In this document: positions 1 to 9,229 of the stretch, one piece after another
How positions within the stretch are numbered: position 1 is the stretch's first letter
Layout of the letters: each line of letters starts with the position of its first letter
Origin: Chloroflexota bacterium
GTDB taxonomy: Bacteria; Chloroflexota; Dehalococcoidia; UBA2247; RBG-13-53-26
Direction: 5' to 3'
Length of the DNA: 64,000 nt
Assembly: GCA_003551705.1 (NCBI GenBank)
Contig: PUNJ01000190.1
Coordinates: 5,900-69,899 of the forward strand
Position numbers and translations under genes: made by a program
Notes under the pieces: model-generated
Told to the model about the DNA's origin: nothing
Database searches by the model: none
What the model saw: the letters and a program-made list of their open reading frames with translations, nothing else

Positions 1-72
1 TCGACCAAGCCAGAGACAAGATGCTGCAAGGCTACAACTCGGCCCTGGAAGCCATGCAGAAGCGCGGTCGTT
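1..72 (+). CDS. 3' end of an upstream CDS (partial, unknown function)
   Basis: Frame 3 reads ...DQARDKMLQGYNSALEAMQKRGR then TAG at 70-72. Protein-like composition, but too short to assign. Confidence 0.3.
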
Positions 73-175
73 AGCCCACGACCGCCCTAACCTTTCGCCT
101 GACCACTGCGTTACTTAAAATGAGGGGCACCGTGTCCCTGCAGAATCGGAGTGGGAGACTACGAGGGCGGACGGA

Positions 176-529
176 ATGGAGGCCAGCTTGATCAAGATAA
201 TCATACCTGCCGCGGCAATAATCATCGCCCTGGCTGTAACGGTCCCGCTGCTGCTGGGGGGCGATGGAGGCGGGGAGGACGGGCTTGTCCTGAAGGTAAT
301 TAACCCGGCTAACGAAAGCGTTGTTTACACCTTCGCGACCCAAGTAGCCGGCGAGACCCAACCGGACGCAGTAGTGAGCGTGAACGGGAGCCCCGTGGAA
401 GTGGAAGCTGATGGCAAGTTCTCCACCGCCATCAGTTTGGAAGAGGGGCCAAATCTAATTGAAGTTATTGCTACGGACTACGACGGAAAAGAAGCTAGCG
501 AGTTGCTGGTGGTAATCCGCATCCCCTAG
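176..529 (+). CDS. hypothetical membrane-anchored protein with an N-terminal TM helix and an Ig-like beta domain
   Basis: ATG preceded by a gagggcggacgga RBS-like stretch. N-terminal hydrophobic helix (IIIPAAAIIIALAVTVPLLL). Next gene starts 17 nt downstream with a clear RBS, suggesting co-transcription. Confidence 0.55.
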   Translation: MEASLIKIIIPAAAIIIALAVTVPLLLGGDGGGEDGLVLKVINPANESVVYTFATQVAGETQPDAVVSVNGSPVEVEADGKFSTAISLEEGPNLIEVIATDYDGKEASELLVVIRIP

Positions 530-545
530 CAAAGGAGTATTCGTT

Positions 546-1868
546 GTGAAGATAATGTGGACCATTTTACTGGCCGTTGTCCTGCTGGCGGGCCTGGTGT
601 TGGGCGGGTCTGGCGCTTCCGCCGCGGAAGAAGAAACGGAACTATGCAGGGGCATCTTCGGTACCGTGGCCGGTGTCTCCATAGACGATGAAGGTGCAGG
701 GACGATAGACCTGGAAGGCGCTTTGCCTGTGCAGGTTGAGGCTGCAACCAGGTATCACGTGCCCACCATCGTGCCACCCTGGCAGACGTGGGCGGGCCTC
801 TCCGATGACGCCCGGATCCTGGTCCAAGGCTCTGTCCGTGTGTCCATACTTTTGACCGAAGATACCAGCCAGAGGATGGCCATGAAGGTCATGATAGTGC
901 CTCAGTATCCAGTGCGCAGCCATCATGTCGGCGTAGTTATCAGCATTGATGGGGACACTATCACCATTCTCCAGCACAATGAGAAGGAAGTCACCATCTT
1001 CCTGCCTGAGGGTATGGACATGGCTCCGGGAGATGTGGTTACCATCATCGGGCAGCGGCTGGCTGGAGAGCCCCGTCCCAGGGCTGTGGCCGTTCACAAT
1101 ATCAAACAGTTGGCCCATCGTTTTCAGTCCCACCTGAACGATGCTCAAGGGGAGGCTGCGTTTGAACACGTGAGTGCCTTGCTCGACCGGGCACATAACC
1201 GGCACATGGAAATGCTCGACAGGTTGAAGGCGCGGGCCGAAATACAGGCCAACGATAGGGCTGTGGAAGCCTTGGGAAAAGCTATCCAAAATGCCCAGCG
1301 CGCTTATGACAACCTGGTACAGAGACGCACGGAGATCAGGGACCGGATAAGGGATAGTTGGGATGAGCTAAGGGGACGCTGGGCTGAGATAGCCGGCACA
1401 ATAACAGAGTTGAATATAGAATACGGCAACGTGGTCGTTGCTGTAGAGGGGGACGAGGTGACACTGGGAGTGTCCGGCGCTACAAGGGTGCTTGTCGGCA
1501 CCAGCCTGTCGGAGCTGGACGGCCTTGCCCCGGGTGATTTCATCAGCAGGGCAGTCTATGATGCTGAGACAATGGAAGCGGCCCTCATTATAGTGAGAGC
1601 TCCGGCCATGACGGCGGAATGGCAGGTAATAACAGGCGTTGTACGCGAGGTCAACCTGGAGGAGCAGACCGTGACCATCATCCGGGCTGTTGGAGATCCC
1701 GTCACCATTACCATTACCGGCGAGACGCGGACTGCCATGGGCGGGCGCATTATCACTCTGGGGCAGGTGAAGGACGGTTACTGGGTCAAACAAGCCGTCT
1801 ACGCAACAGATACCATGGAGGCTCAATCGTTACTAGTGACGGCCCCGCCGCCCAGAGGGCGCTCGTAG
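546..1868 (+). CDS. secreted protein with three DUF5666-like repeats (hypothetical)
   Basis: GTG start 8 nt after aaggag. Signal peptide MKIMWTILLAVVLLAGLVLGGSGASA. Three internal repeats of about 60 aa ending in ...DTMEA..L[IL]V.AP. Confidence 0.7.
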   Translation: MKIMWTILLAVVLLAGLVLGGSGASAAEEETELCRGIFGTVAGVSIDDEGAGTIDLEGALPVQVEAATRYHVPTIVPPWQTWAGLSDDARILVQGSVRVSILLTEDTSQRMAMKVMIVPQYPVRSHHVGVVISIDGDTITILQHNEKEVTIFLPEGMDMAPGDVVTIIGQRLAGEPRPRAVAVHNIKQLAHRFQSHLNDAQGEAAFEHVSALLDRAHNRHMEMLDRLKARAEIQANDRAVEALGKAIQNAQRAYDNLVQRRTEIRDRIRDSWDELRGRWAEIAGTITELNIEYGNVVVAVEGDEVTLGVSGATRVLVGTSLSELDGLAPGDFISRAVYDAETMEAALIIVRAPAMTAEWQVITGVVREVNLEEQTVTIIRAVGDPVTITITGETRTAMGGRIITLGQVKDGYWVKQAVYATDTMEAQSLLVTAPPPRGRS

Positions 1869-1920
1869 GTCTTTTGGCTGCCACACCAGGCAGGGGCAGG
1901 CGCAAAAGGCATGTTAAACG

Positions 1921-2496
1921 CTAATCCCCGCTCCTGGCTTGCGATATTCTCCATATCTTTCCGGCCATGTAAAGTGATGTCACCAATATGGCTGCTATTA
2001 ATACGAGGAAAGCCGGGCTCAAACTCTCCGCTCTCTCGGATGCGATCTCCACCGTGGCGTAGCCCAGGTAGGCCATTAAGGCCAGCACCAGGGACTTCAA
2101 TACCAGGAGAGACCTGGCAACAAATACCCGCAATCTCTCCGCCTGATCACCGGTGATTGCCGCCTTGCGACTCTTGGGAAGATTGATCATCGACAAGGGG
2201 TCCCTTACTGCGGCCAGAGCCACTGTTATCATGCTCAGCAACAAGTATACAAAGATTGCCAGGCCGGGGAACAGAAGCACCATGCTCTTCCCTGCCCAAT
2301 CATCAGGTTCGCCATGGACATCGAAACCGGCAGGTATCCGGTCTGGGAGGTCTCCATACGCTGACAATACCAGGTACAGGACCAGTGCCAACAAGAGTGC
2401 GGGTAACAGTTCCAGATGCACTGGGTAACATCTTGACAGCTTCTGCAACAGGGCTCGCACGGCAAGGATTTTAGCATGGCGGGCAGTCTCTCTCAA
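1921..2496 (-). CDS. DUF1648/SdpI-like integral membrane protein
   Basis: 191-aa ORF with four or more hydrophobic helices and the motif DRIPAGFDVHGEPDDWAGK typical of the DUF1648 N-terminus. Start codon uncertain. Confidence 0.6.
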   Translation of the reverse strand: MRETARHAKILAVRALLQKLSRCYPVHLELLPALLLALVLYLVLSAYGDLPDRIPAGFDVHGEPDDWAGKSMVLLFPGLAIFVYLLLSMITVALAAVRDPLSMINLPKSRKAAITGDQAERLRVFVARSLLVLKSLVLALMAYLGYATVEIASERAESLSPAFLVLIAAILVTSLYMAGKIWRISQARSGD

Positions 2497-2612
2497 GAGA
2501 CCCGCCGGGAACGGAACAGGCCAGGCAATGTCTTTGCGCCCTCAGGCGCGACTACCGGACATGGCGCAAGCCGGGGAAGGTTTTTCCGGCCCTGCGCATC
2601 ATCGTTTGACCG

Positions 2613-3236
2613 GTGTTCAGCAGACATGTACAATATGGCAGGCGACTCGTGAAGCTGATACAGAGAAAAATGGTAAACACAGCAGTACAGGTAAACGTAG
2701 GAGAAAGGGTACGGGCCCTGCGGACGGTATTGGGTATGTCCGTCCGGACATTGGCCTCCCGTTCCGGCTTTTCTCCAAGCTTTATCTCGCAGGTGGAGAA
2801 CGGGATAGTCTCACCTTCGATAGCCTCGCTGGAGCGAATCGCTGCGACATTGGGAATGACCCTGGCCGGGTTTTTCGCTACCGAACGGCCGGATGGCGGC
2901 CTTATCACACGCGCCGACAATCGCCGGGAAGTGACCAGCTCCTGGTCGCTGGCATGCATAGAGTCGCTAGCTACTTCCTGTATGTCCAGGCAATTAGAGG
3001 GGGTGCTTATTTCCGTGGCTCCTGGCGGGCGTAGCGGCAAGAAGCCGTCACATCATCCCGGCGAGGAGTTTGCCCTGGTCTTTGAGGGAGAGATCCGACT
3101 GACCCTGGGAGCGGACGTGCATCTGCTGAAGCGCGGAGACACAGCAGGATTCAGCTCAGAGGTCCCACACCTGTGGGAGAATACCGGGCCGGGAACGGCC
3201 CAAGTAGTCATTGTATCAACCCGCTTCGTACATTAG
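2613..3236 (+). CDS. XRE-family HTH transcriptional regulator with a C-terminal cupin domain
   Basis: HTH_3-like segment ERVRALRTVLGMSVRTLASRSGFSPSFISQVENG followed by a cupin-like C-terminus (EEFALVFEGEIRL). Start ambiguous: GTG at 2613 or ATG at 2670. Confidence 0.65.
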   Translation: MFSRHVQYGRRLVKLIQRKMVNTAVQVNVGERVRALRTVLGMSVRTLASRSGFSPSFISQVENGIVSPSIASLERIAATLGMTLAGFFATERPDGGLITRADNRREVTSSWSLACIESLATSCMSRQLEGVLISVAPGGRSGKKPSHHPGEEFALVFEGEIRLTLGADVHLLKRGDTAGFSSEVPHLWENTGPGTAQVVIVSTRFVH

Positions 3237-3275
3237 AAGGTTGGTTATCAACCAGATATCGACAAGGAGTTCTAT

Positions 3276-4885
3276 TGACTTCAGTTTCACCCAGCGATGT
3301 AAACAATCTGCGGTGGGAGGTTGGCAGGCGACGGACTTTTGCTATCATATCTCACCCTGATGCCGGCAAGACGACGCTTACGGAGAAGATACTGCTCTAT
3401 GCCGGGGCTGTGGACTTGGCCGGAGCTGTGCGGACCCGCGGCAGCCAGCGGCATGCCGTCTCTGACTGGATGAGCATGGAGAAGCAGCGTGGAATTTCCA
3501 TCACGGCCACTGCTCTGGAGATGGAGTACAAGGGATACCGCATCAACCTGTTGGACACCCCTGGACACCAGGACTTCAGTGAGGATACCTACCGTACGTT
3601 GATGGCTGTGGACAGCGCTGTGATGGTGCTGGACAGTGCCAAGGGTATCGAGCCTCAAACGAAAAAGCTGTTTGCCGTCTGTCGAATGCGTGGCATACCC
3701 ATCCTGACCTTTGTGAACAAGATGGACCATCCAGGACGGGACCCTCTGGAACTTCTCGACGAGATCGAGCGGGTCTTGGGCGTCAAGGCTGTGCCCATGA
3801 ACTGGCCTATAGGCGAGTCACCTTCCTTTCTGGGAGTGTACGATCTGGTCACCAGGCAGGTCTTGCGGTTCCAGCGTACCGCACACGGCCAGCACCGTGC
3901 ACCTGTCGAGGTGACCGGAATGAACGACCCCCTGCTTCGGGACCTTTTGGGAAATGATGACTACAAGAGACTGAGCGAGGAGGTCGAACTCCTGACCGGG
4001 GTGAACGGGTTATTCGACCGTGGGCATTATCTGGCCGGAGAAATGACGCCCGTGTTCTTCGGAAGCGCATTGAATAACTTCGGTGTAGAGAAGTTTTTGG
4101 AGGCGATTCTGGACTTGGCGCCCGCACCGGCATCATGCAAGGCCGAAGTGGGTACGATCCATCCGGAGAGCGAGGTGTTTTCTGGATTCGTGTTCAAGGT
4201 GCAGGCTAACATGGACCGGCGCCATCGGGACAGCATGGCTTTCTTGCGGGTGTGTTCCGGTCGCTTCCAGAAGGACATGACTGTACAGAACCCTCGCTTG
4301 GGACAGAAGGTCAGGCTCTCCCGTGCCTACCGGCTTTTTGCCAGAGAACGAGAGCCGGTCCAGGAGGCTTTCCCTGGTGATGTCATTGGAATTGTCAGTC
4401 CGGGATTCTTCTCCATAGGGGACGCCGTGACCAGTGGAGAGGAAATACCGTCCGTGAGTATACCGCGCTTTCCGCCGGAGCATTTCGGTGTTCTGGTCAA
4501 TGCCGACATCAGCAGGTACAAGCAGTTCCACAAGGGGCTTCTGCAATTGGAAGAGGAAGGGGCGATCCAGGTGTTCCATGCCGAGGACAGCTTCAGGCGA
4601 GAGCCTATAGTGGCGGCCGTGGGCGAGTTGCAGTTTGATGTTGTCCTGGGCAGGCTCGCGGAGGAGTATGGTGTCCAGGCGCGCATCGACCGGCTGCCCT
4701 TTACTTGTGCCAGATGGATCGAAACTAATGGCCCGGGAATGGAGGAACTGTCACTGTTCAGCCGTGCCACGCTGCGCTGCCGAGATCGGCGGGACCGCCT
4801 GGTGGTCTTGTTTCTATCCGGCTGGCACCTGGAATACTGCCGGAAGGAGAACCCAAATGTCGACTTTGCCGAGATCGGCCGGTGA
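3276..4885 (+). CDS. prfC: peptide chain release factor 3 (GTPase)
   Basis: TTG start 6 nt after aaggagt. G1 motif AIISHPDAGKTTLTEKILL, then DTPGHQDF and NKMD motifs. Full-length match to the RF3 architecture. Confidence 0.9.
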
Positions 4886-4903
4886 AGTATTCTTGGAGGG
4901 ACC

Positions 4904-5605
4904 ATGACGAATAGCAGCGATATCCAGGTACCGCCTTTTGTAGCCCGGTGGTACAGCCAGTTGAAGCCGCTGGCACTGAAGGAAGCGGTCCCGGACCCGA
5001 CGCTGGCCGGCGTATTTTCAATAGATGTAACAGTTGGATTCCTGTCCGAGGGCAATCTGGCTTCGGAACGGGTCGGGAGAATCGCAGGGCCGGTGAGCAG
5101 TGTGTTCACCAGGGCCTATCAGCACGGCATCCGCCACTTCGTGCTGCTCCAGGACGCCCATGACCCACAGACACCGGAGTTTGCGGCCTTTCCCCGGCAC
5201 AGCGTTCAGGGCAGTGCAGAGACAAACACCATTCCGGAACTCCGCGACCTGCCGTTTGCGGACCTCTTCAACATAATCGAGAAGAACTCTCTGCACCCCT
5301 CCCTGGGGACCGGCTTTGATAACTGGCTGGACGACAACAGGCACATACGGAAAGCGCTGGTGGTGGGGGATTGCACGGACTTGTGCGTGTATCAACTCGC
5401 CGCCTATCTGCGACTGAGAGCCAATGCCTTCAATGTACGGGATTACGAGGTTATAGTACCAGCCAACGCTGTTGAGACCTTTGACGTGACCGAGGAGAAG
5501 GCCTTGCAAACGGGAGCCCTAGTCCACCCGGCGGAGTTCTTTCATGAGGTCTTCCTGTACCACATGGCGTTGAATGGTATTCGGGTGGTCAGGGAACTAA
5601 CCTGA
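4904..5605 (+). CDS. pncA: nicotinamidase/pyrazinamidase (isochorismatase-family cysteine hydrolase)
   Basis: Isochorismatase fold with the catalytic Cys motif VVGDCTDLCV. Sits immediately upstream of nicotinate phosphoribosyltransferase. Confidence 0.75.
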   Translation: MTNSSDIQVPPFVARWYSQLKPLALKEAVPDPTLAGVFSIDVTVGFLSEGNLASERVGRIAGPVSSVFTRAYQHGIRHFVLLQDAHDPQTPEFAAFPRHSVQGSAETNTIPELRDLPFADLFNIIEKNSLHPSLGTGFDNWLDDNRHIRKALVVGDCTDLCVYQLAAYLRLRANAFNVRDYEVIVPANAVETFDVTEEKALQTGALVHPAEFFHEVFLYHMALNGIRVVRELT

Positions 5606-5712
5606 TTCTTGTGTGAACATGAGGGCGGCAGGTTGCGGACGGAGCCAATTGTTGGGAAGGGCGGTTTGGACGGGCAGCACCCCCGCCAGCAAACCGAGGA
5701 GGGACCCGGAAC

Positions 5713-7110
5713 ATGATTGTCGGGCCTGAGGACATGGGTCTTCTGACAGACCTCTATGAATTGACCATGGCCCAGAGCTACTTCCTGGAGGGGCACAATG
5801 AACAGGCCACGTTCAGTTTATTTATCCGCAAATACCCGCCTGACCGGGGCTTCTTTGTATCATGCGGGCTCGAGGATGTGCTGAAATACCTGGAAACATT
5901 CCATATCAGTCCTGACGGTATCGACTCGTTATACCGCGCCGGCATCTTCGCTGACAGTTTCCTGGACTACCTGAAAGGGCTGCGTTTTACCGGGGAAGTG
6001 CGTGCCATACCGGAGGGCCGGCTGTTCTTCGCGGATGAGCCGGTCTTGGAGGTCACCGCCCCCATGATCGAGGCGCAGATAGTTGAGACCTTCATAATCA
6101 ACCAGTTTAACTTGCAGTGCCTGATTGCCAGTAAGGCAGCTCGCTGTGTGCATGCGGCCGCCGGTCGGAGGCTGGTGGACTTCTCGGTGCGGCGCACCCA
6201 AGGTATCGATGCCGGGATGAAAGTTGCCCGAGCCAGCCATATTGCCGGCTTCGCCTCAACCAGCAACGTTCTGGCAGGGGTAACATATGGTATTCCCATG
6301 GCAGGTACCATGGCCCATTCGTACATAAGCAGCTACGAGCATGAGATAGATGCCTTCAGGGCTTTCGCTCGCAGTCTACCGGAACGCTCAATACTTCTTA
6401 TAGACACTTATGACACCATAGAGGGCGCATTCAAAGCCGTGGAGGTAGCTAGGGAGATGGACGCCGAGGGACTCAAGCTGCGCGGTGTGCGAATCGATTC
6501 CGGCGACTTGCTGGACCTGGGTATTCGGGTAAGGCGCATACTCGACGAAGCTGGCTTTGACGATGTTCAAATGGTGGGTAGCGGCGGTCTGGATGAGTTC
6601 GATATTGAGGACCTGATACGGGGTCGCGCTCCTTATGATTCCTATGGTGTAGGCACCAAGATGGGCGTCTCTTCTGACGCCCCATGGACCGACATGGCCT
6701 ACAAACTGGTCCGGTACAGCGAAAGGCCGGTCTTGAAATTGAGCGCCGGCAAGGTAACCCTGCCTGATGCCAAGCAGGTTTTTCGCTTTGCAGATTCAGG
6801 CGGGCTTCATCATGATGTCATAGCCTTGCACCAGGAATCGCTTGAAGGCGGTGACCCTCTTCTGGAAAGCGTTATGGCTGGCGGGCGTGTCCGCAACCGT
6901 TTGCCGGCACTTACCGAGGTTCGAGAGCGCTTCTTGAGCGAGTTTGCCCAGTTGCCTGACCGCTACAAGGCTATCCGGCATCCGGATACGTACCCGGTGG
7001 AAATAAGTGCAAGGCTCATGTCCTTAACGGACCAATTACGGTACCATTATGCAGGTGCGAAAGAGTATGAGCCGGCCCGCGGCCGGGATGGGGAGCTTGG
7101 CGAAAGCTGA
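5713..7110 (+). CDS. pncB: nicotinate phosphoribosyltransferase
   Basis: N-terminus LTDLYELTMAQSYF and the motifs GTMAHSYI and RIDSGDL that are characteristic of NAPRTase. Confidence 0.9.
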   Translation: MIVGPEDMGLLTDLYELTMAQSYFLEGHNEQATFSLFIRKYPPDRGFFVSCGLEDVLKYLETFHISPDGIDSLYRAGIFADSFLDYLKGLRFTGEVRAIPEGRLFFADEPVLEVTAPMIEAQIVETFIINQFNLQCLIASKAARCVHAAAGRRLVDFSVRRTQGIDAGMKVARASHIAGFASTSNVLAGVTYGIPMAGTMAHSYISSYEHEIDAFRAFARSLPERSILLIDTYDTIEGAFKAVEVAREMDAEGLKLRGVRIDSGDLLDLGIRVRRILDEAGFDDVQMVGSGGLDEFDIEDLIRGRAPYDSYGVGTKMGVSSDAPWTDMAYKLVRYSERPVLKLSAGKVTLPDAKQVFRFADSGGLHHDVIALHQESLEGGDPLLESVMAGGRVRNRLPALTEVRERFLSEFAQLPDRYKAIRHPDTYPVEISARLMSLTDQLRYHYAGAKEYEPARGRDGELGES

Positions 7111-7136
7111 GAAGGTCGACGGTAAAGGGCTCTTCC

Positions 7137-8321
7137 TCAACTCACGTCGGAATCTGACTTGTATGTACGTGCCTTCCATTCCACACCTGCCCCGGTGAAG
7201 CGACGGAAAGACCCGTAGGCCCCCGAAGCCAGCATGAAGGATATGCCCAGGGGGTGCGAAAATGAGTAGAAGCGGGAATGCCGGAAACGGCGGTCTATGA
7301 GTATTCTCATGATCAGAACGATTATCACCTGAAGCACGATGACTTTCGACCATTCATAGGGGCCCATGGGTACGGGCGTATAGTGGAAAAAGAGCATGAC
7401 GAAAGGTGCAATGAACAGGCCTGTGACGCCGGCGACCAGTATTCCTATTGACCAGGGGGCGACGGAGGTTATGGAGTAGATCCATTTTGCGAAACCCCGC
7501 CACAGGTCACCGAAGTTGTCGTACATGCGACAGGAGACCAACAGGGAGAGATCGACCATGGCGTGGCGCTTGCCATGGCGGACCATCTCGAATCCCATCC
7601 ACACATCCTCGAGTATGCGCCCGCGAACAGCTTCATGGCCTCCTATTTCTCTGTAATCACCTGCGTGCATGAACAGGAACTGTCCGATGGCCAGTCCGGG
7701 CTTCGGCTTTCGGGAACGCTGCACGAACCACAAAGGCAAGCAACTCAGGATCAGGAAGTATATGGCCGGCATGGCAACGCGCTGGGATATGGAGACAGTC
7801 TGCTGGCGCGGGAAGCCGGAGATCATGGACAGCTTCTCTTTCCTGGCATAGTCGAGGGTCGCCCTGAGCATGCGCGGTTCATGTTTGGTATCTGCATCGG
7901 TGAAAAGCAGCCACTCCCCCCTGGCAGCCGCGGCAAGCTGCTGGCAAGCAAAAGGTTTGCCGGCCCATCCAGGAGCCAGAGGTCTGCCATGCAGGAGCTG
8001 GACTCTGGGTTCTGTGGCAGCTATCCTGTCGACCACCGCTGCAGTAGCGTCGCTTGAACTGTCGTCTAGGACCAGGATCTCGTAGTTGGGATAGTCCTGC
8101 CTGCAAAGTGACTCCAGGCATTCGCCTATGACTGACGCTTCATTGCGAGCTGGAATGAGGACCGAGATGAATGGTAGGGTGCCTAAAAGGTCCGCCTTGT
8201 CCCGTCCCAACCTGTGCAGTGATCTCAGGTTGATCACCAGGTTAAGGAGAAAGAGTGTCAAGATAAAGGAAACAAGTGCCAGATAGACTTGCCACATTTC
8301 TATTTGCTGTAAGTGCCCCAA
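7137..8321 (-). CDS. family 2 glycosyltransferase, membrane-integrated
   Basis: GT2 catalytic region LIPARNE...YEILVLDDSSSD...FTDADT, flanked by N- and C-terminal TM segments. Confidence 0.8.
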   Translation of the reverse strand: MGHLQQIEMWQVYLALVSFILTLFLLNLVINLRSLHRLGRDKADLLGTLPFISVLIPARNEASVIGECLESLCRQDYPNYEILVLDDSSSDATAAVVDRIAATEPRVQLLHGRPLAPGWAGKPFACQQLAAAARGEWLLFTDADTKHEPRMLRATLDYARKEKLSMISGFPRQQTVSISQRVAMPAIYFLILSCLPLWFVQRSRKPKPGLAIGQFLFMHAGDYREIGGHEAVRGRILEDVWMGFEMVRHGKRHAMVDLSLLVSCRMYDNFGDLWRGFAKWIYSITSVAPWSIGILVAGVTGLFIAPFVMLFFHYTPVPMGPYEWSKVIVLQVIIVLIMRILIDRRFRHSRFYSFSHPLGISFMLASGAYGSFRRFTGAGVEWKARTYKSDSDVS

Positions 8322-8932
8322 GCCTGGGTCTGCAATATGTCATCGGTCTCTGTCCGGTTCTTGATGAAGAACATCCCGCATAGGGCTATAGCAGTCAAGG
8401 CATAGGCCCAGGAGAGCTCTCCCGGCCCAAAGAGAGTTGGGTTATAGACCGTGGCGAGCAGTAGTATTAGTGGAGTCATGGCGTGCCAGAATTGGTTGCT
8501 GAAATAGAATCGCCTCGTGATCAAGAGGGTCATAGAGAAGATGGCGACGCTTACAAGGAAAGGGACAGGGCACAATACCAGGAAGCCAGTCACAAAAATG
8601 GTCTGGCCGCGACCGCCATTCCATCCAAGCCAGATGCACCAAATCTGGCCTATGGAGGCAGCTACCAGGATTACGAGATAGGCCCAGAGTTGCCCCACCA
8701 GATAGTACGCAATAAGCAAGCACAGGAAAGTCTTGAGTATTTCCCCGGTCAGCGACAAAGCACCCAGTGCTCTGCCACCGTGAAGAACTACCGCGGTCGA
8801 GGTGACGTTACCTGTGCCGATCTCGCGCAGGTCACGCTTTCGAAAGACGTGCATCACAACATGGGCCGTCGGAACGCTTCCGATTAGGTAGCCTATTATG
8901 AGGATGGCTAGCAACGAGCCCATGACGGCCAT
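8300..8932 (-). CDS. plsY: glycerol-3-phosphate acyltransferase PlsY
   Basis: IGYLIGSVPTAHVVMHVF...GTGNVTSTAVVLHGG matches the PlsY signature (GSGN-GATN region). Start taken at MAVMGSLLAI. Confidence 0.85.
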   Translation of the reverse strand: MAVMGSLLAILIIGYLIGSVPTAHVVMHVFRKRDLREIGTGNVTSTAVVLHGGRALGALSLTGEILKTFLCLLIAYYLVGQLWAYLVILVAASIGQIWCIWLGWNGGRGQTIFVTGFLVLCPVPFLVSVAIFSMTLLITRRFYFSNQFWHAMTPLILLLATVYNPTLFGPGELSWAYALTAIALCGMFFIKNRTETDDILQTQAWGTYSK

Positions 8933-8961
8933 AGCATTCCCTCTTGTTAATTCCTGCCCTA

Positions 8962-8982
8962 GTACATCGCGTCGCGATGTAC
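8962..8982. promoter_or_regulatory. perfect 10-bp inverted repeat GTACATCGCG-t-CGCGATGTAC (candidate operator)
   Basis: Seen directly in the plsY/AOR divergent intergenic region, about 250 bp upstream of the AOR start. Confidence 0.5.
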
Positions 8983-9229
8983 ATTGCCATGCGAAGTAAA
9001 TATTAATGACAAACCCAGGGCTTGTCAATAGTCCTTTCTGCATTAGGGACCAACTGCGCGTCCGTCTTGACTGGTTCCGGAGCAAGCAGTCGGTCTTTGC
9101 TCGAGTGTGTCCCCAGTGGGAGTGTTAGGCAGCATGGCCTCCAACAGACTACAAAACCGTGGCCAGGATGTGTATGATAGGCCGGTAGGTTGCTCCAAAA
9201 CGGGGATTTTCACCGATACAGGAGGGCAC

